Below are positions 38,021 to 47,276 of a DNA stretch of 64,000 nucleotides, piece by piece (position 1 is the stretch's first letter; every line of letters begins with the position of its first letter). The notes beneath the pieces are model-generated. The model saw only the letters and a list, made by a program, of their open reading frames with translations. It did no database searches and was not told the DNA's origin. Source of the DNA: an uncultured bacterium (GTDB taxonomy: Bacteria; Campylobacterota; Campylobacteria; Campylobacterales; Sulfurovaceae); NCBI GenBank assembly GCA_965544395.1, contig CBEUND010000001.1:6875-70874 (forward strand). The letters run 5' to 3'. The translations under genes were made by a program, and so were the position numbers.

Positions 38021-39532
38021 ATGGGTAGTGATAAGCGAAGAACGATCTTTAATAGAGTATATGAATATAGACTCTCAATTATATTTTTTGTCATTTTATC
38101 TACTTCTAGTATGGCTCTATGGCTCTACTTGCAACCAGATATTTATGAGACATCTACGACTATTGAAGTGGGGATAGAGGGTAGCCACTCAAGAGATGCC
38201 TTCACTACTCAGACCAATGAGGGAACTTCTATCAATACGCAGATAGGTATAATAAAGTCTAGATTTTTAGCAACACAAGCATTACAAAAAGTTGATTTGA
38301 CACATCGCTACTTTGTAAAAAGAGGGATGAGAAAAAAAGAACTCTATAAAAATATCCCTTTTGAACTCAACTTAACAAAAGGGAAACAGATATTGTTTCA
38401 TCTCTATCCTATTGATGAAGAGTCATATAGATTGAGAGTTGATGATGGTTCTATAGATTATGATCAGGTTGTTGATTATGGTAAAGAGGTTAAAAATGAT
38501 ATCTTTCAATTGAAGATACAACGCAAGAAAAATATAAATATGTCTGAAAACTCTTATCAATTTATACTCCTTCCTAATAGTGTTGCTATAAAGTATGCAG
38601 TAGAAAATACAAGAGTATCGCAATGGATGCCCAATGCATCACTACTCAAAATCACATATCAAGATACAAACTCACTCAGAGCAAAGGAGTATGCAGATGC
38701 ATTGGCATCATCATATATAGAGCAGAGTATCTATCAAAAGAGAGAAGAGTCTTCCAAAACACTTAATTTTGTAGATAAGCAACTCTTAGAGATCAACAAT
38801 AGTCTCCAATCCTTTGCTCGAGAATTAGAAAACTTTAAACTCAAAACAAATACAGTAAGTTTGGATGAAAAGGCTAAGTCAATAGAAGAGATAATAGGAA
38901 ATAATAGAATGAATTTATCACAATTGAGTGTGCAAGAGGAGTTATTGCATGCACTTTATCAACAGATAAAGAGCGGGGAAAATTTAGAAATCCTCTCTTT
39001 GGTTGGTTTTGGAGGTGACAACGCTCATGAGAGTTCCATTCCAAGTTTGGTAAAAAATATGCAAACATCTGTACTAAAGATGAAGTTATTGCGTGCAGAT
39101 TATACAAAAGATTATCCAGAAGTAAAAAAACTTCAACAACAGATAAATCAATTGAAAAATATTATAATCAATACTATAAAGAGTATGAAGAAAAATATTA
39201 CCAATCGAAAATTACTCGTCGAAAAGTCTATAAAAAAAGAGGAAAAGATACTACAAAAGTTACCTAAAAATGAGAGAGAGTATGAACGAATTAAACAAAA
39301 ATTTGTTCTTAATGAGAAGATATACTCTTATCTCTTAGAACAGCGTTTTGCTATCGCTATCGCCAAAGAGTCTACAGTGCGTAAAAGTCGGATTCTGGAT
39401 AGAGCATTCCAACCAACAGATAAAGTCAATCCCTACAAACAAAAAACTCTTCTTATGGCTTTAATTTTTGGGTTGTTGTTGGGGATTTGCTATGCTTTTT
39501 TAAGAGCCTTTCTCAATAATAAAATTACATGA
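38021..39532 (+). CDS. Polysaccharide co-polymerase (Wzz/GumC-type chain-length determinant) without a kinase domain
   Basis: N-terminal TM followed by YETSTTIEV, a long periplasmic coiled-coil region, and a C-terminal TM (LLMALIFGLLLGICYAFL). No Walker motifs. Confidence 0.75.
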   Translation: MGSDKRRTIFNRVYEYRLSIIFFVILSTSSMALWLYLQPDIYETSTTIEVGIEGSHSRDAFTTQTNEGTSINTQIGIIKSRFLATQALQKVDLTHRYFVKRGMRKKELYKNIPFELNLTKGKQILFHLYPIDEESYRLRVDDGSIDYDQVVDYGKEVKNDIFQLKIQRKKNINMSENSYQFILLPNSVAIKYAVENTRVSQWMPNASLLKITYQDTNSLRAKEYADALASSYIEQSIYQKREESSKTLNFVDKQLLEINNSLQSFARELENFKLKTNTVSLDEKAKSIEEIIGNNRMNLSQLSVQEELLHALYQQIKSGENLEILSLVGFGGDNAHESSIPSLVKNMQTSVLKMKLLRADYTKDYPEVKKLQQQINQLKNIIINTIKSMKKNITNRKLLVEKSIKKEEKILQKLPKNEREYERIKQKFVLNEKIYSYLLEQRFAIAIAKESTVRKSRILDRAFQPTDKVNPYKQKTLLMALIFGLLLGICYAFLRAFLNNKIT

Positions 39533-40302
39533 GAACTCTATTAGACTTCTTGCAAAGGATAAAAAAAGAGATGAAGTTTTTTTCTAAAAAGCGAGAAGAT
39601 AAAGAGTCTCGTATATCCTTAGATATTGATATCCATTCGCATCTTATTCCAGCGATTGATGACGGCTCTCAAAGCTTACAAGAGAGTATAGAGATGATAG
39701 AGCTGATGTCTAGCTTGGGATACAAGAAGATGATTATGACTCCCCATGTGATGGCTGACTCATACCCAAATAGTACAGAGACGCTACAAAATGGTTTAGA
39801 ACAACTCAAAGAGGCGATAAAAGTTGATAAGATCGATATGATACTTGAAGTTGCTGCAGAGTATTATCTTGATGAACTCTTTGTCGAGAGAGTGCAGAAC
39901 GATGATATATTGACGATAGGAGATAGGTATCTACTTTTTGAAACTTCTTATATCTCTAAGCCTATGAATTTTGAAAATATAATATTTGATATGAAAGTCA
40001 AAGGCTATAAACCAATCTTGGCACATCCTGAGCGATATAGATATATTACTCAAGCAAAAGAGGAGTATAGGCAGATGAAGGAGTTGGGTCTCTATTTTCA
40101 GCTTGATATCAACTCTTTGGGTGGCTTTTATGGGAAGCAGGCACAAGAACAAGCGAAGGTTCTTACGGAGTTAGGCATGATAGATTTTTTGGGGAGTGAT
40201 ATCCACCACAAGAGACAAGTCTCTAATCTTGCAAAAGTTTTAAAGAGTAGAGCATATCAAAGTGTTTGGAGTAAGAATCAAATCAAAAATAGTAGATTGT
40301 AA
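39529..40302 (+). CDS. PHP-family Mn-dependent protein-tyrosine phosphatase (CpsB/YwqE-like)
   Basis: DIDIHSHLIPAIDDG, TPHV and LAHPERYRY motifs. ATGA overlap with the upstream stop; alternative ATG at 39571. Confidence 0.85.
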   Translation: MRTLLDFLQRIKKEMKFFSKKREDKESRISLDIDIHSHLIPAIDDGSQSLQESIEMIELMSSLGYKKMIMTPHVMADSYPNSTETLQNGLEQLKEAIKVDKIDMILEVAAEYYLDELFVERVQNDDILTIGDRYLLFETSYISKPMNFENIIFDMKVKGYKPILAHPERYRYITQAKEEYRQMKELGLYFQLDINSLGGFYGKQAQEQAKVLTELGMIDFLGSDIHHKRQVSNLAKVLKSRAYQSVWSKNQIKNSRL

Positions 40303-40353
40303 TTAATCTAATAATGCTATAATAATAATTAGTATTGAATGGAGAGATATGAT

Positions 40354-41091
40354 ATGAATAAACTATTTGCATTGATTAGTCTATCTCTATCTATCTTTTT
40401 CATAACAGGTTGTAGCATGGGACGATCTGATTTTGAATTGATGCAGTCACAAAAGCCTGTAAAGAGTGAGAAACGAGTAGCCATGAAAGATATAGAGTAT
40501 AAGATTATGCCACATGATAGGCTGGCTATAGTTATCTATCAATATCCAGAATTGACTCCTACAGAGATGAACCAAAAGGGTATTTTGATAGATGCAAAGG
40601 GGTATATCTCCCTTCCTCTCATACATAGAGTCAAAGTAGCAGGGTATACACAGTCCAATGCGGCAAGAATGCTCGAAGAGAAATATAAAAAATATTTGAC
40701 AGATCCCTCTTTGAATATTGAAGTTATGAATAAAAGAGTCTATGTATTAGGAGAAGTGAAAAATCCTGGTGTTGTAAAATTGGATAATGAGATGGGTACA
40801 GTAATGCAAGTGATTGCTCATGCAGGTGGTTTGAGAGATACAGCCCAGAGAGACGCAGTCTATATAGTCAGTAATAGTGGTGATAATATTATGCACATAA
40901 GGAGAGTTGATTTGACGAGTTTTGCATCATTGCAACAGACAAACATCATAGTCAAACCTAATGATATACTCTATGTACAACCAAATAAATGGAAATCATT
41001 TAGAGTAGCATCCAATGATTTGACTTCTCCTTTTGAGACGATTACAAAGATTGCAGCTCCATTTGTGACTTTGAAATATCTTGCAGATTGA
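40354..41091 (+). CDS. Polysaccharide export outer-membrane lipoprotein (Wza-like)
   Basis: Lipobox FITGCS, Poly_export motif YKIMPHDRLAIVIYQYPEL, SLBB-like VYVLGEVKNPG. GGAGAG Shine-Dalgarno before ATG 40354 (the ORF opens at 40339). Confidence 0.82.
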   Translation: MNKLFALISLSLSIFFITGCSMGRSDFELMQSQKPVKSEKRVAMKDIEYKIMPHDRLAIVIYQYPELTPTEMNQKGILIDAKGYISLPLIHRVKVAGYTQSNAARMLEEKYKKYLTDPSLNIEVMNKRVYVLGEVKNPGVVKLDNEMGTVMQVIAHAGGLRDTAQRDAVYIVSNSGDNIMHIRRVDLTSFASLQQTNIIVKPNDILYVQPNKWKSFRVASNDLTSPFETITKIAAPFVTLKYLAD

Positions 41092-42118
41092 TAACGCTAT
41101 GTATTGGGAATTTATAGCAACATTTATCATGGCAATGCTCTTGATATGGTTGGTATTGAAGTATGCACCTTTTTTGGGATTGGTCGATATACCAAACGAA
41201 AGAAGCACACATACAGAGCATACTCCTAGTGGAGCAGGTATAGGCTTCTCTTTGGCAGTATTCTCTATCATACCATTCTTTTATTTAGATGTATTTAGCA
41301 ACTATACACTACTCTTTTTTGCAATTTTTTTAGTTTTTATTGTAGGTTTTTTGGACGATTTGCACAATACATCTCCCAAAACTAAATTTATAGTTCTCAT
41401 AATCAGTACAGTTTTTATCATTATGAATAATTTTATTATCAACTATATTGGTATATTTTTTGGTTTTCAAATCTTCTTAGGGTGGTTCTCTTATCTCTTT
41501 ACTATATTTGCTGTTGTTGCTTTCACAAATGCACTCAATCTATTGGATGGTTTGGATGGCTTGGCAGGGAGTATTAGTATTGTCATATTTATCAGTTTTT
41601 TTACCATAGGGTATCAAAATAGTGATCTTATCTTGATGGTTATATCAGGTGCATTTATTGCAAGTCTTCTAGCATTTCTCTACTACAATTGGTTCCCTGC
41701 TTCGATATTTATGGGTGATAGCGGCTCTCTTGTATTGGGCTTTGTTATTTCACTTTTGGCTATACGATCACTGCTCTATATACAAGCTATTACGATACTC
41801 TTTCTGGCTGCTATTCCTATCTTGGATACAGTTATCATTGTAATTCGTCGCAAGCGTGCTAAAAAAAGTCTATTTACTGCGGACAAATGTCACTTGCATC
41901 ATATATTGCATCAGTTTTTCGCTTTTGATACACGAAAGACAGTGATATTTTTTGTTGTGATGCAAGCTGCATATTCGTTGACGGGATTACAATTTACAAG
42001 AGATCAGGATGGAGGCTATCTTTTGATTCTTTTCATCCTCAATATAGCGATGGTTTATCTCTTTACCAATGCTATGATACGAAGGCAAAAACGAGACTGT
42101 ATCAGAAACAAAAAATAG
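41081..42118 (+). CDS. GT4 polyprenyl-phosphate N-acetylhexosamine-1-phosphate transferase (WecA/WbpL-like)
   Basis: NALNLLDGLDGLAG and FMGDSGS motifs of the MraY/WecA family; 10-11 TM helices. Confidence 0.85.
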   Translation: MQIDNAMYWEFIATFIMAMLLIWLVLKYAPFLGLVDIPNERSTHTEHTPSGAGIGFSLAVFSIIPFFYLDVFSNYTLLFFAIFLVFIVGFLDDLHNTSPKTKFIVLIISTVFIIMNNFIINYIGIFFGFQIFLGWFSYLFTIFAVVAFTNALNLLDGLDGLAGSISIVIFISFFTIGYQNSDLILMVISGAFIASLLAFLYYNWFPASIFMGDSGSLVLGFVISLLAIRSLLYIQAITILFLAAIPILDTVIIVIRRKRAKKSLFTADKCHLHHILHQFFAFDTRKTVIFFVVMQAAYSLTGLQFTRDQDGGYLLILFILNIAMVYLFTNAMIRRQKRDCIRNKK

Positions 42119-42145
42119 AGTAATCTTAATGAAATATTACTATGA

Positions 42146-43084
42146 ATGGAGTTATTCACAATGAAAAAAGCTATATGGCTAATGTTGACTATTGTAGTCA
42201 CTATTACAATTATCTTATTTGTACAACAAAACAATAAAAATAAACAGAGCAAAGATCAAAGTACGATAGTGACAACTATCTATCCAATCTATTTTATCAC
42301 AAAAAGTATAGTGGGTGATAGTATCGTCGTTGAGCAGTTGATAAAACCTGGAAATGAGATACACTCTTTCTCTCCTACACCTAAAGATATGGTGCATATA
42401 GATAAATCTAAGCTCTTTATCTCATTGGGTGAGCGACTAGAGCCATGGGTATCCAAACTTCTATCCGCAACCAATATAGAGCATCTCTCTCTTGGAAAAG
42501 ATCTCACACTTTTGCATAACCATGGAAAAGAGCATTCCCATCATGGAGATCATATGAGTATCAATCCACATGTTTGGCTTGATTTTTCAAATGATATACG
42601 AATGGTGAAGATAATTAGTCAAAAGCTTATAGTACTCTATCCTCAACAAAAAGCTCTTTTTCTCAAAAATACAGAGCATCTACAAAAAAGATTTGAAGAG
42701 TTACAAGACTCTTATAGAAAGAGACTGCAAGGATGTAAAAAAGATACTATACTTGTAGGGCATGATGCCTTTGCTTATATGGAGAAAGAGTATGGGTTTA
42801 AAGCAGAGAGTATCACGGGAGTTTTTGCAAACTCAAAACCAAATGCCTCTAAGATATTTGAACTCTCTCAAATGATAGAGCATAAGGGCTTACAATTTTT
42901 GTTTGTAGATCCTATAGAGGAGAGTAAAAGTGCAACACAATTAGCATCAGATAATAAACTTAAAATATTGACACTCTACAGCTTAGGCAATATACCACAG
43001 CAAGATAAGTCTAAGGGTGAAAATATGATGACTCTTTTGGAGAAAAATTTAAAAAATTTGGCAAAAGGTTTAGAGTGTCTGTAA
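42146..43084 (+). CDS. znuA: Zinc ABC transporter substrate-binding protein with His-rich loop
   Basis: Cluster A-I SBP fold motifs (NPHVWLD) and loop HNHGKEHSHHGDH. The likely start is ATG 42161, 9 nt after GGAG. Confidence 0.85.
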   Translation: MELFTMKKAIWLMLTIVVTITIILFVQQNNKNKQSKDQSTIVTTIYPIYFITKSIVGDSIVVEQLIKPGNEIHSFSPTPKDMVHIDKSKLFISLGERLEPWVSKLLSATNIEHLSLGKDLTLLHNHGKEHSHHGDHMSINPHVWLDFSNDIRMVKIISQKLIVLYPQQKALFLKNTEHLQKRFEELQDSYRKRLQGCKKDTILVGHDAFAYMEKEYGFKAESITGVFANSKPNASKIFELSQMIEHKGLQFLFVDPIEESKSATQLASDNKLKILTLYSLGNIPQQDKSKGENMMTLLEKNLKNLAKGLECL

Positions 43085-43836
43085 TTGATGTCACAAATTT
43101 ACACTATAAGATAGCTGAACAATCTATATTGCATGATATTTCATTTTCTATACAAGAGGGGGAATATGTCGCACTTTTGGGTCCTAATGGTGGAGGTAAA
43201 AGTACTTTGGTGAAACTTATTTTAGGTTTGATTCAAGCTTCATCAGGTACTATCAAGATTTTTGGAAAAGATCAAAAAAATTTTAAAGATTGGAATAAAA
43301 TAGGGTATGTCCCACAAAATATCTCTCTATTTGATGATAATTTTCCTTTGAGTGTCTATGAGACAGTCTCTTTGGGATTGGCAAGCCAAAAGTCTTGGTT
43401 TAGCCTACGACTTACTCCAAAAGATAGAGAGCAGATAGAAGGGGTGATGCAGATAGCTTCTATCACAGAGTTTCGAGATAAAAATCTCTCTGATCTTTCA
43501 GGTGGACAGAGGCAACGAGTGATGATCGCTAGAGCATTAGTATCCAATCCTAGCGTATTGATACTTGATGAGCCAAGTACAGGAGTGGATATCGCTTCGC
43601 AACATAAATTTTATCAATTTCTCAAAAAACTCAACCGAGAAAATAATTTAACTATTATATTTATCACTCATGATTTAGGTGTCATAGCAGATGATGTGAC
43701 ACATGTACTTGTTGTAAATCAAAAACTATTTTTTGTAGGGAGTGCTGAGGAGATGTTACGGTGTGAAGCAGTGAGTGAAGTCTATGGTACCAAGAGCCAT
43801 GTCGTCCATCATAATCATGGAGAAGAGCAGTCATGA
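43075..43836 (+). CDS. znuC: Zinc ABC transporter ATP-binding protein
   Basis: Walker A GPNGGGKST, signature LSGGQRQR, Walker B LILDEP. Confidence 0.9.
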   Translation: MSVIDVTNLHYKIAEQSILHDISFSIQEGEYVALLGPNGGGKSTLVKLILGLIQASSGTIKIFGKDQKNFKDWNKIGYVPQNISLFDDNFPLSVYETVSLGLASQKSWFSLRLTPKDREQIEGVMQIASITEFRDKNLSDLSGGQRQRVMIARALVSNPSVLILDEPSTGVDIASQHKFYQFLKKLNRENNLTIIFITHDLGVIADDVTHVLVVNQKLFFVGSAEEMLRCEAVSEVYGTKSHVVHHNHGEEQS

Positions 43837-44630
43837 GTATAGAGATTTTTGATTATGAATTTATGCAGAGAGCTTTTGTGGTAGGTTTGTCTCTCTCTCT
43901 ATTGACAGCTATTTTGGGTAGTTTTATAGTATTGAAACGATATGCTATGTTGCCTGATGCTCTGTCGCATATCGCACTCCTTGGTGTAGGGATAGGATTG
44001 GTGACGCATACATCACCTCTCTATGTCCCTATCATCGTAGCAGTCATCTCTAGTGTAGCTATAGAGTATCTGCGATACAAGAAGCGTCTCTATTCAGATG
44101 CTATCTTATCTATCTTTCTCTCTGGAGCTTTGGCGATGGCGATTGTACTTATCAATCTCTCAGATGGATTTAATGCTTCGCTCTTTTCGTATCTTTTTGG
44201 GTCTATTAGTGCTGTGAGTGCAAGCGAAATGTATATTACACTAGGTTTTACTCTCTTTGCACTACTTCTTTTGATCGGTAGCTATAGAAAGCTACTCTTT
44301 GTAACACTTGATGAACAGAGTGCCAAGGCTAGTGGTATATCTGTATTTGGACTCAATCTCATGCTCGTTGTACTCAGTGCAGTCACAGTAGCACTCTCGA
44401 TGCGGATAGTAGGTATCTTACTCATAGGTGCTTTGATGGTACTTCCTATCTCTACAGCACTCCTCTATAGAGAGAATTTTCTCAAAACACTTTTGATGGC
44501 GATGTTGTTTTCGATTGTTAGCGTCATCTCTGGTCTCTTCATATCATTTTATCTAGGGGTATCATCAGGTGCAGCGATCGTATTGGTTGCATTAGGGTTT
44601 TTTATCTTGTCGCTTTTTCTCAATCTATGA
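43833..44630 (+). CDS. znuB: Zinc ABC transporter permease
   Basis: ABC-3 family polytopic 265-aa protein, overlapping the znuC stop. Confidence 0.88.
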   Translation: MSIEIFDYEFMQRAFVVGLSLSLLTAILGSFIVLKRYAMLPDALSHIALLGVGIGLVTHTSPLYVPIIVAVISSVAIEYLRYKKRLYSDAILSIFLSGALAMAIVLINLSDGFNASLFSYLFGSISAVSASEMYITLGFTLFALLLLIGSYRKLLFVTLDEQSAKASGISVFGLNLMLVVLSAVTVALSMRIVGILLIGALMVLPISTALLYRENFLKTLLMAMLFSIVSVISGLFISFYLGVSSGAAIVLVALGFFILSLFLNL

Positions 44631-44632
44631 TT

Positions 44633-44971
44633 TTATATCCTATCGATATCTGTTTGGATTTTGATCTTGATACAACCTATAGGGAGTGAACTCTTATCTC
44701 TATAGGGTGCATGACACTTCTCTTTGTGATATTTTGCTTGTTGTAAATCTGTAGGGAGTATATCTTTGAGTTGAGGCTCTTTTGTAACTCTCTGCTTTGC
44801 TTCTTTGATAAAGAGTAAGTTTTGAAAGATACTCTTTTCATTTTTGGAGATGGTATAGGATAGATAAGAATGTTTACTCTCATTATCGATCTTTGAACTC
44901 TCTTTTATTGCGTAGAGTTCGCTAAGGCTTATACAAGACAGAATGACTATCAGTGATATCTTTATTTCCAT
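44633..44971 (-). CDS. Hypothetical secreted protein (112 aa)
   Basis: N-terminal signal-like hydrophobic segment and an AAGGAG Shine-Dalgarno. No recognisable motif. Confidence 0.5.
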   Translation of the reverse strand: MEIKISLIVILSCISLSELYAIKESSKIDNESKHSYLSYTISKNEKSIFQNLLFIKEAKQRVTKEPQLKDILPTDLQQAKYHKEKCHAPYRDKSSLPIGCIKIKIQTDIDRI

Positions 44972-45077
44972 AATATACTCCTTACAATATTTTATTTTCT
45001 CTCATAAATTTATTGTACTATAGAAGTGTCATCGAAATGTTATATTTGATTTTGTTTTATTTTTCTAAAATATGGCG

Positions 45078-45173
45078 CTACTTTCTCTTTTTTGGCATTT
45101 TCATCACGACGATAAATACTACAACAATCGCTATATAGAGTATATAGGGTACGATAGATTCATTTTCTGGCAT
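45078..45173 (-). CDS. Untracked 31-aa single-TM peptide with basic C-terminus
   Basis: Hand translation: MPENESIVPYILYIAIVVVFIVVMKMPKKRK*. AAGGAG ends 6 nt before the ATG. Starts 3 nt after the stop of the 43-aa ORF. Confidence 0.45.
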   Translation of the reverse strand: MPENESIVPYILYIAIVVVFIVVMKMPKKRK

Positions 45174-45176
45174 TTT

Positions 45177-45308
45177 TTACTCCTTTGTATATTGTAATTT
45201 CCCAGCTATAAATACTTTTTCTATGGTGATATCTTCATCAAAGAGAAGATTGTATCCATAGAGTAACTCTTTGTTGTGTATGATTGTACCATTGATGATG
45301 GCTCTCAC
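45177..45308 (-). CDS. Untracked 43-aa ORF, GTGA-coupled to the amidase gene
   Basis: Hand translation: (V/M)RAIINGTIIHNKELLYGYNLLFDEDITIEKVFIAGKLQYTKE*. Its GTG overlaps the amidase TGA, and its TAA lies inside the Shine-Dalgarno region of the 31-aa ORF. Confidence 0.35.
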   Translation of the reverse strand: MRAIINGTIIHNKELLYGYNLLFDEDITIEKVFIAGKLQYTKE

Positions 45309-45967
45309 TTGGGTGATCTTTTGAGTCCTAGAGATTTGACTGCTGCTGCAACTTTGAACATAAAGTGTTTCCCTGGATCTCTTTTGGTTGTTCTATAGTT
45401 TTTGTCTCTCTCCAGCCATAGATTTGTCTTCTCCATATTTCGATACTCATAATGACCTATGAGATACTCTATATCTGGATACTTCTTTTTGAGATACTGC
45501 ACCAATGCAATATTGGATCGAAGCTGTGCTTGTGTGAGATCCTCTTTTTTATTATTATTCCCACCGACATTCTCTATACCTATAGCACTATAGTTGAGTC
45601 CTATCACATGACGAGCCATATAGTTATCAGGCATCAGTGCATAGATGGTACCATCTCTATCTACAAGATAGTGAGCAGAGACATTAAGTTGACTTGCTTT
45701 TTGAATATCTTTTCTATCACTAAGTAGTTTTTCTGGTTTGAGTCTCATAAATGACTTTTGAAAATTCATCTCAGCTGTCCAATGGAGGACGATGATTTTT
45801 GGTTGTATAGTGATATCTTTTACATTTTTTCCATAATGCTGTTGTATGTATTGTTTGGTCATCGCCACTCTCTGCCTACCAAAATCTATCGGTTTTTTGA
45901 TGATTTTTATTGTATTTGCATCCAAATAGAGTACGATAATACTCAACAATAGAACTATATTTTTCAT
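45305..45967 (-). CDS. Periplasmic N-acetylmuramoyl-L-alanine amidase (Amidase_2/AmpD-PGRP fold)
   Basis: Signal peptide. IIVLHWTAE, SAHYLVDRDGTIY and GLNYSAIGIENVG motifs. Confidence 0.85.
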   Translation of the reverse strand: MKNIVLLLSIIVLYLDANTIKIIKKPIDFGRQRVAMTKQYIQQHYGKNVKDITIQPKIIVLHWTAEMNFQKSFMRLKPEKLLSDRKDIQKASQLNVSAHYLVDRDGTIYALMPDNYMARHVIGLNYSAIGIENVGGNNNKKEDLTQAQLRSNIALVQYLKKKYPDIEYLIGHYEYRNMEKTNLWLERDKNYRTTKRDPGKHFMFKVAAAVKSLGLKRSPK

Positions 45968-46043
45968 ACATTTACCCCTTTTGTAATAGTTGTTATCTGA
46001 CCTTACTTATTTCTAATTTTTGGATTGTACAATCCTGCTTCAT

Positions 46044-47276
46044 CTACTCATTCCTCAAAACTTGCAATGGATCTGTCTGCGAAGCTTTGCTAGCTGGATA
46101 GAGAGAGGAGAGCAGTATGATAGTGATTGTTCCCAAGATGATCAATATAAAATCGCTCATCGTCAAATCTACAGGGAGTTTGCTCGAACCATATACATCA
46201 GCAGGCAAAGAGACAATATCGAATGTTTTCAATGCCCATATACCCATAGCACCCAAGAGTGTACCAGCTACTATACCAGCAGAACCTATGATAACTCCTA
46301 GTTTAAAAAATATCACTTTGATCTCTCGTTTGGTTGCTCCTAGTGTACGCATGAGAGCTATCTCACTGCGTCGGCTCATGACTGTCATCAGAAGTGACGA
46401 GATGATATTGAGTGAAGCTACGAGGATGATGAGCAGTAGCACCAAAAAGAGTGCCTTTTTCTCCATCTCCATCGCAGAAAAGAAGTTCCCATTTTGTTGC
46501 CACCACCCCTCTATCATGGTGGTTTCTGGGAGTGCTGTTCGTATCGCTTCTATCTCTTTTAGTGGTTTTTTGGCATAGATATGCACACCATCATAGATAC
46601 CCTCAGGTCGTTTGAGTAACTTTTCAAATGCCTCTAGGGTAGTATAGATAATCCCTTTGTCGTAGGCTTTGAGTCCTGAGTCAAAGAGTGCATCTATCAC
46701 AAACCGTTTCTGTAGAGGCATCGTACCAAAACCTATCGCTTGCTGTTCTGAGAAGTAGAGTGTCACTTTGTCATCTATATAAGCATTCATCTCATTGGCA
46801 AGTGTATCTCCTACAACTACTTTAAATTTCCCTCCTGCTTTGAGCCTCTGTGGTTGACTACTATAAGCTTTGGCAAAGACAGAGTTGATAGCCGCCTCTT
46901 TGGCGAAGTTAACTCCATAGACCAAAGAGCCTTGGACAAAGCCATCGTTTTTGCTGATCACTTGTGTCGTATAGTAAGGGCTGAACTTGAGCGTGGGAAA
47001 CTTCTCTTGGAGATTAGCTATGAGAGCATCATCAATAGCGTCATTGTCTAGGGGGAGTACAGTGAGGGGGTAATTCATCACAAAGAGTCTATCGGAGAAC
47101 TCCTTTTGAGTACCATTCATGATACCCATAGCGATCATCAATACCATCACCCCTACAGCTATACCCAAAAATGCCAAGAGTGCAGAGATGAAGATAAAAG
47201 GATTCTCTCCGTCATATTTGAGATAGTGACGGATGATAGTATGGATAAACTTTTTGTTGGTTGCTACCCTACACAT
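46044..47276 (-). CDS. Lipoprotein-release ABC transporter permease (LolC/E-like, FtsX/MacB fold)
   Basis: TM1, a large periplasmic domain and a 3-TM FtsX module (EIALMRTLGATKREI). Immediately downstream of secA, as I recall in Campylobacter. Confidence 0.85.
   Translation of the reverse strand: MCRVATNKKFIHTIIRHYLKYDGENPFIFISALLAFLGIAVGVMVLMIAMGIMNGTQKEFSDRLFVMNYPLTVLPLDNDAIDDALIANLQEKFPTLKFSPYYTTQVISKNDGFVQGSLVYGVNFAKEAAINSVFAKAYSSQPQRLKAGGKFKVVVGDTLANEMNAYIDDKVTLYFSEQQAIGFGTMPLQKRFVIDALFDSGLKAYDKGIIYTTLEAFEKLLKRPEGIYDGVHIYAKKPLKEIEAIRTALPETTMIEGWWQQNGNFFSAMEMEKKALFLVLLLIILVASLNIISSLLMTVMSRRSEIALMRTLGATKREIKVIFFKLGVIIGSAGIVAGTLLGAMGIWALKTFDIVSLPADVYGSSKLPVDLTMSDFILIILGTITIILLSSLYPASKASQTDPLQVLRNE

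Noticed and set aside
37980-38177. 65-aa plus-strand ORF upstream of and overlapping the Wzz-like gene
   Set aside because: It is out of frame with, and largely contained in, the better-supported co-polymerase ORF, and it has no motif.
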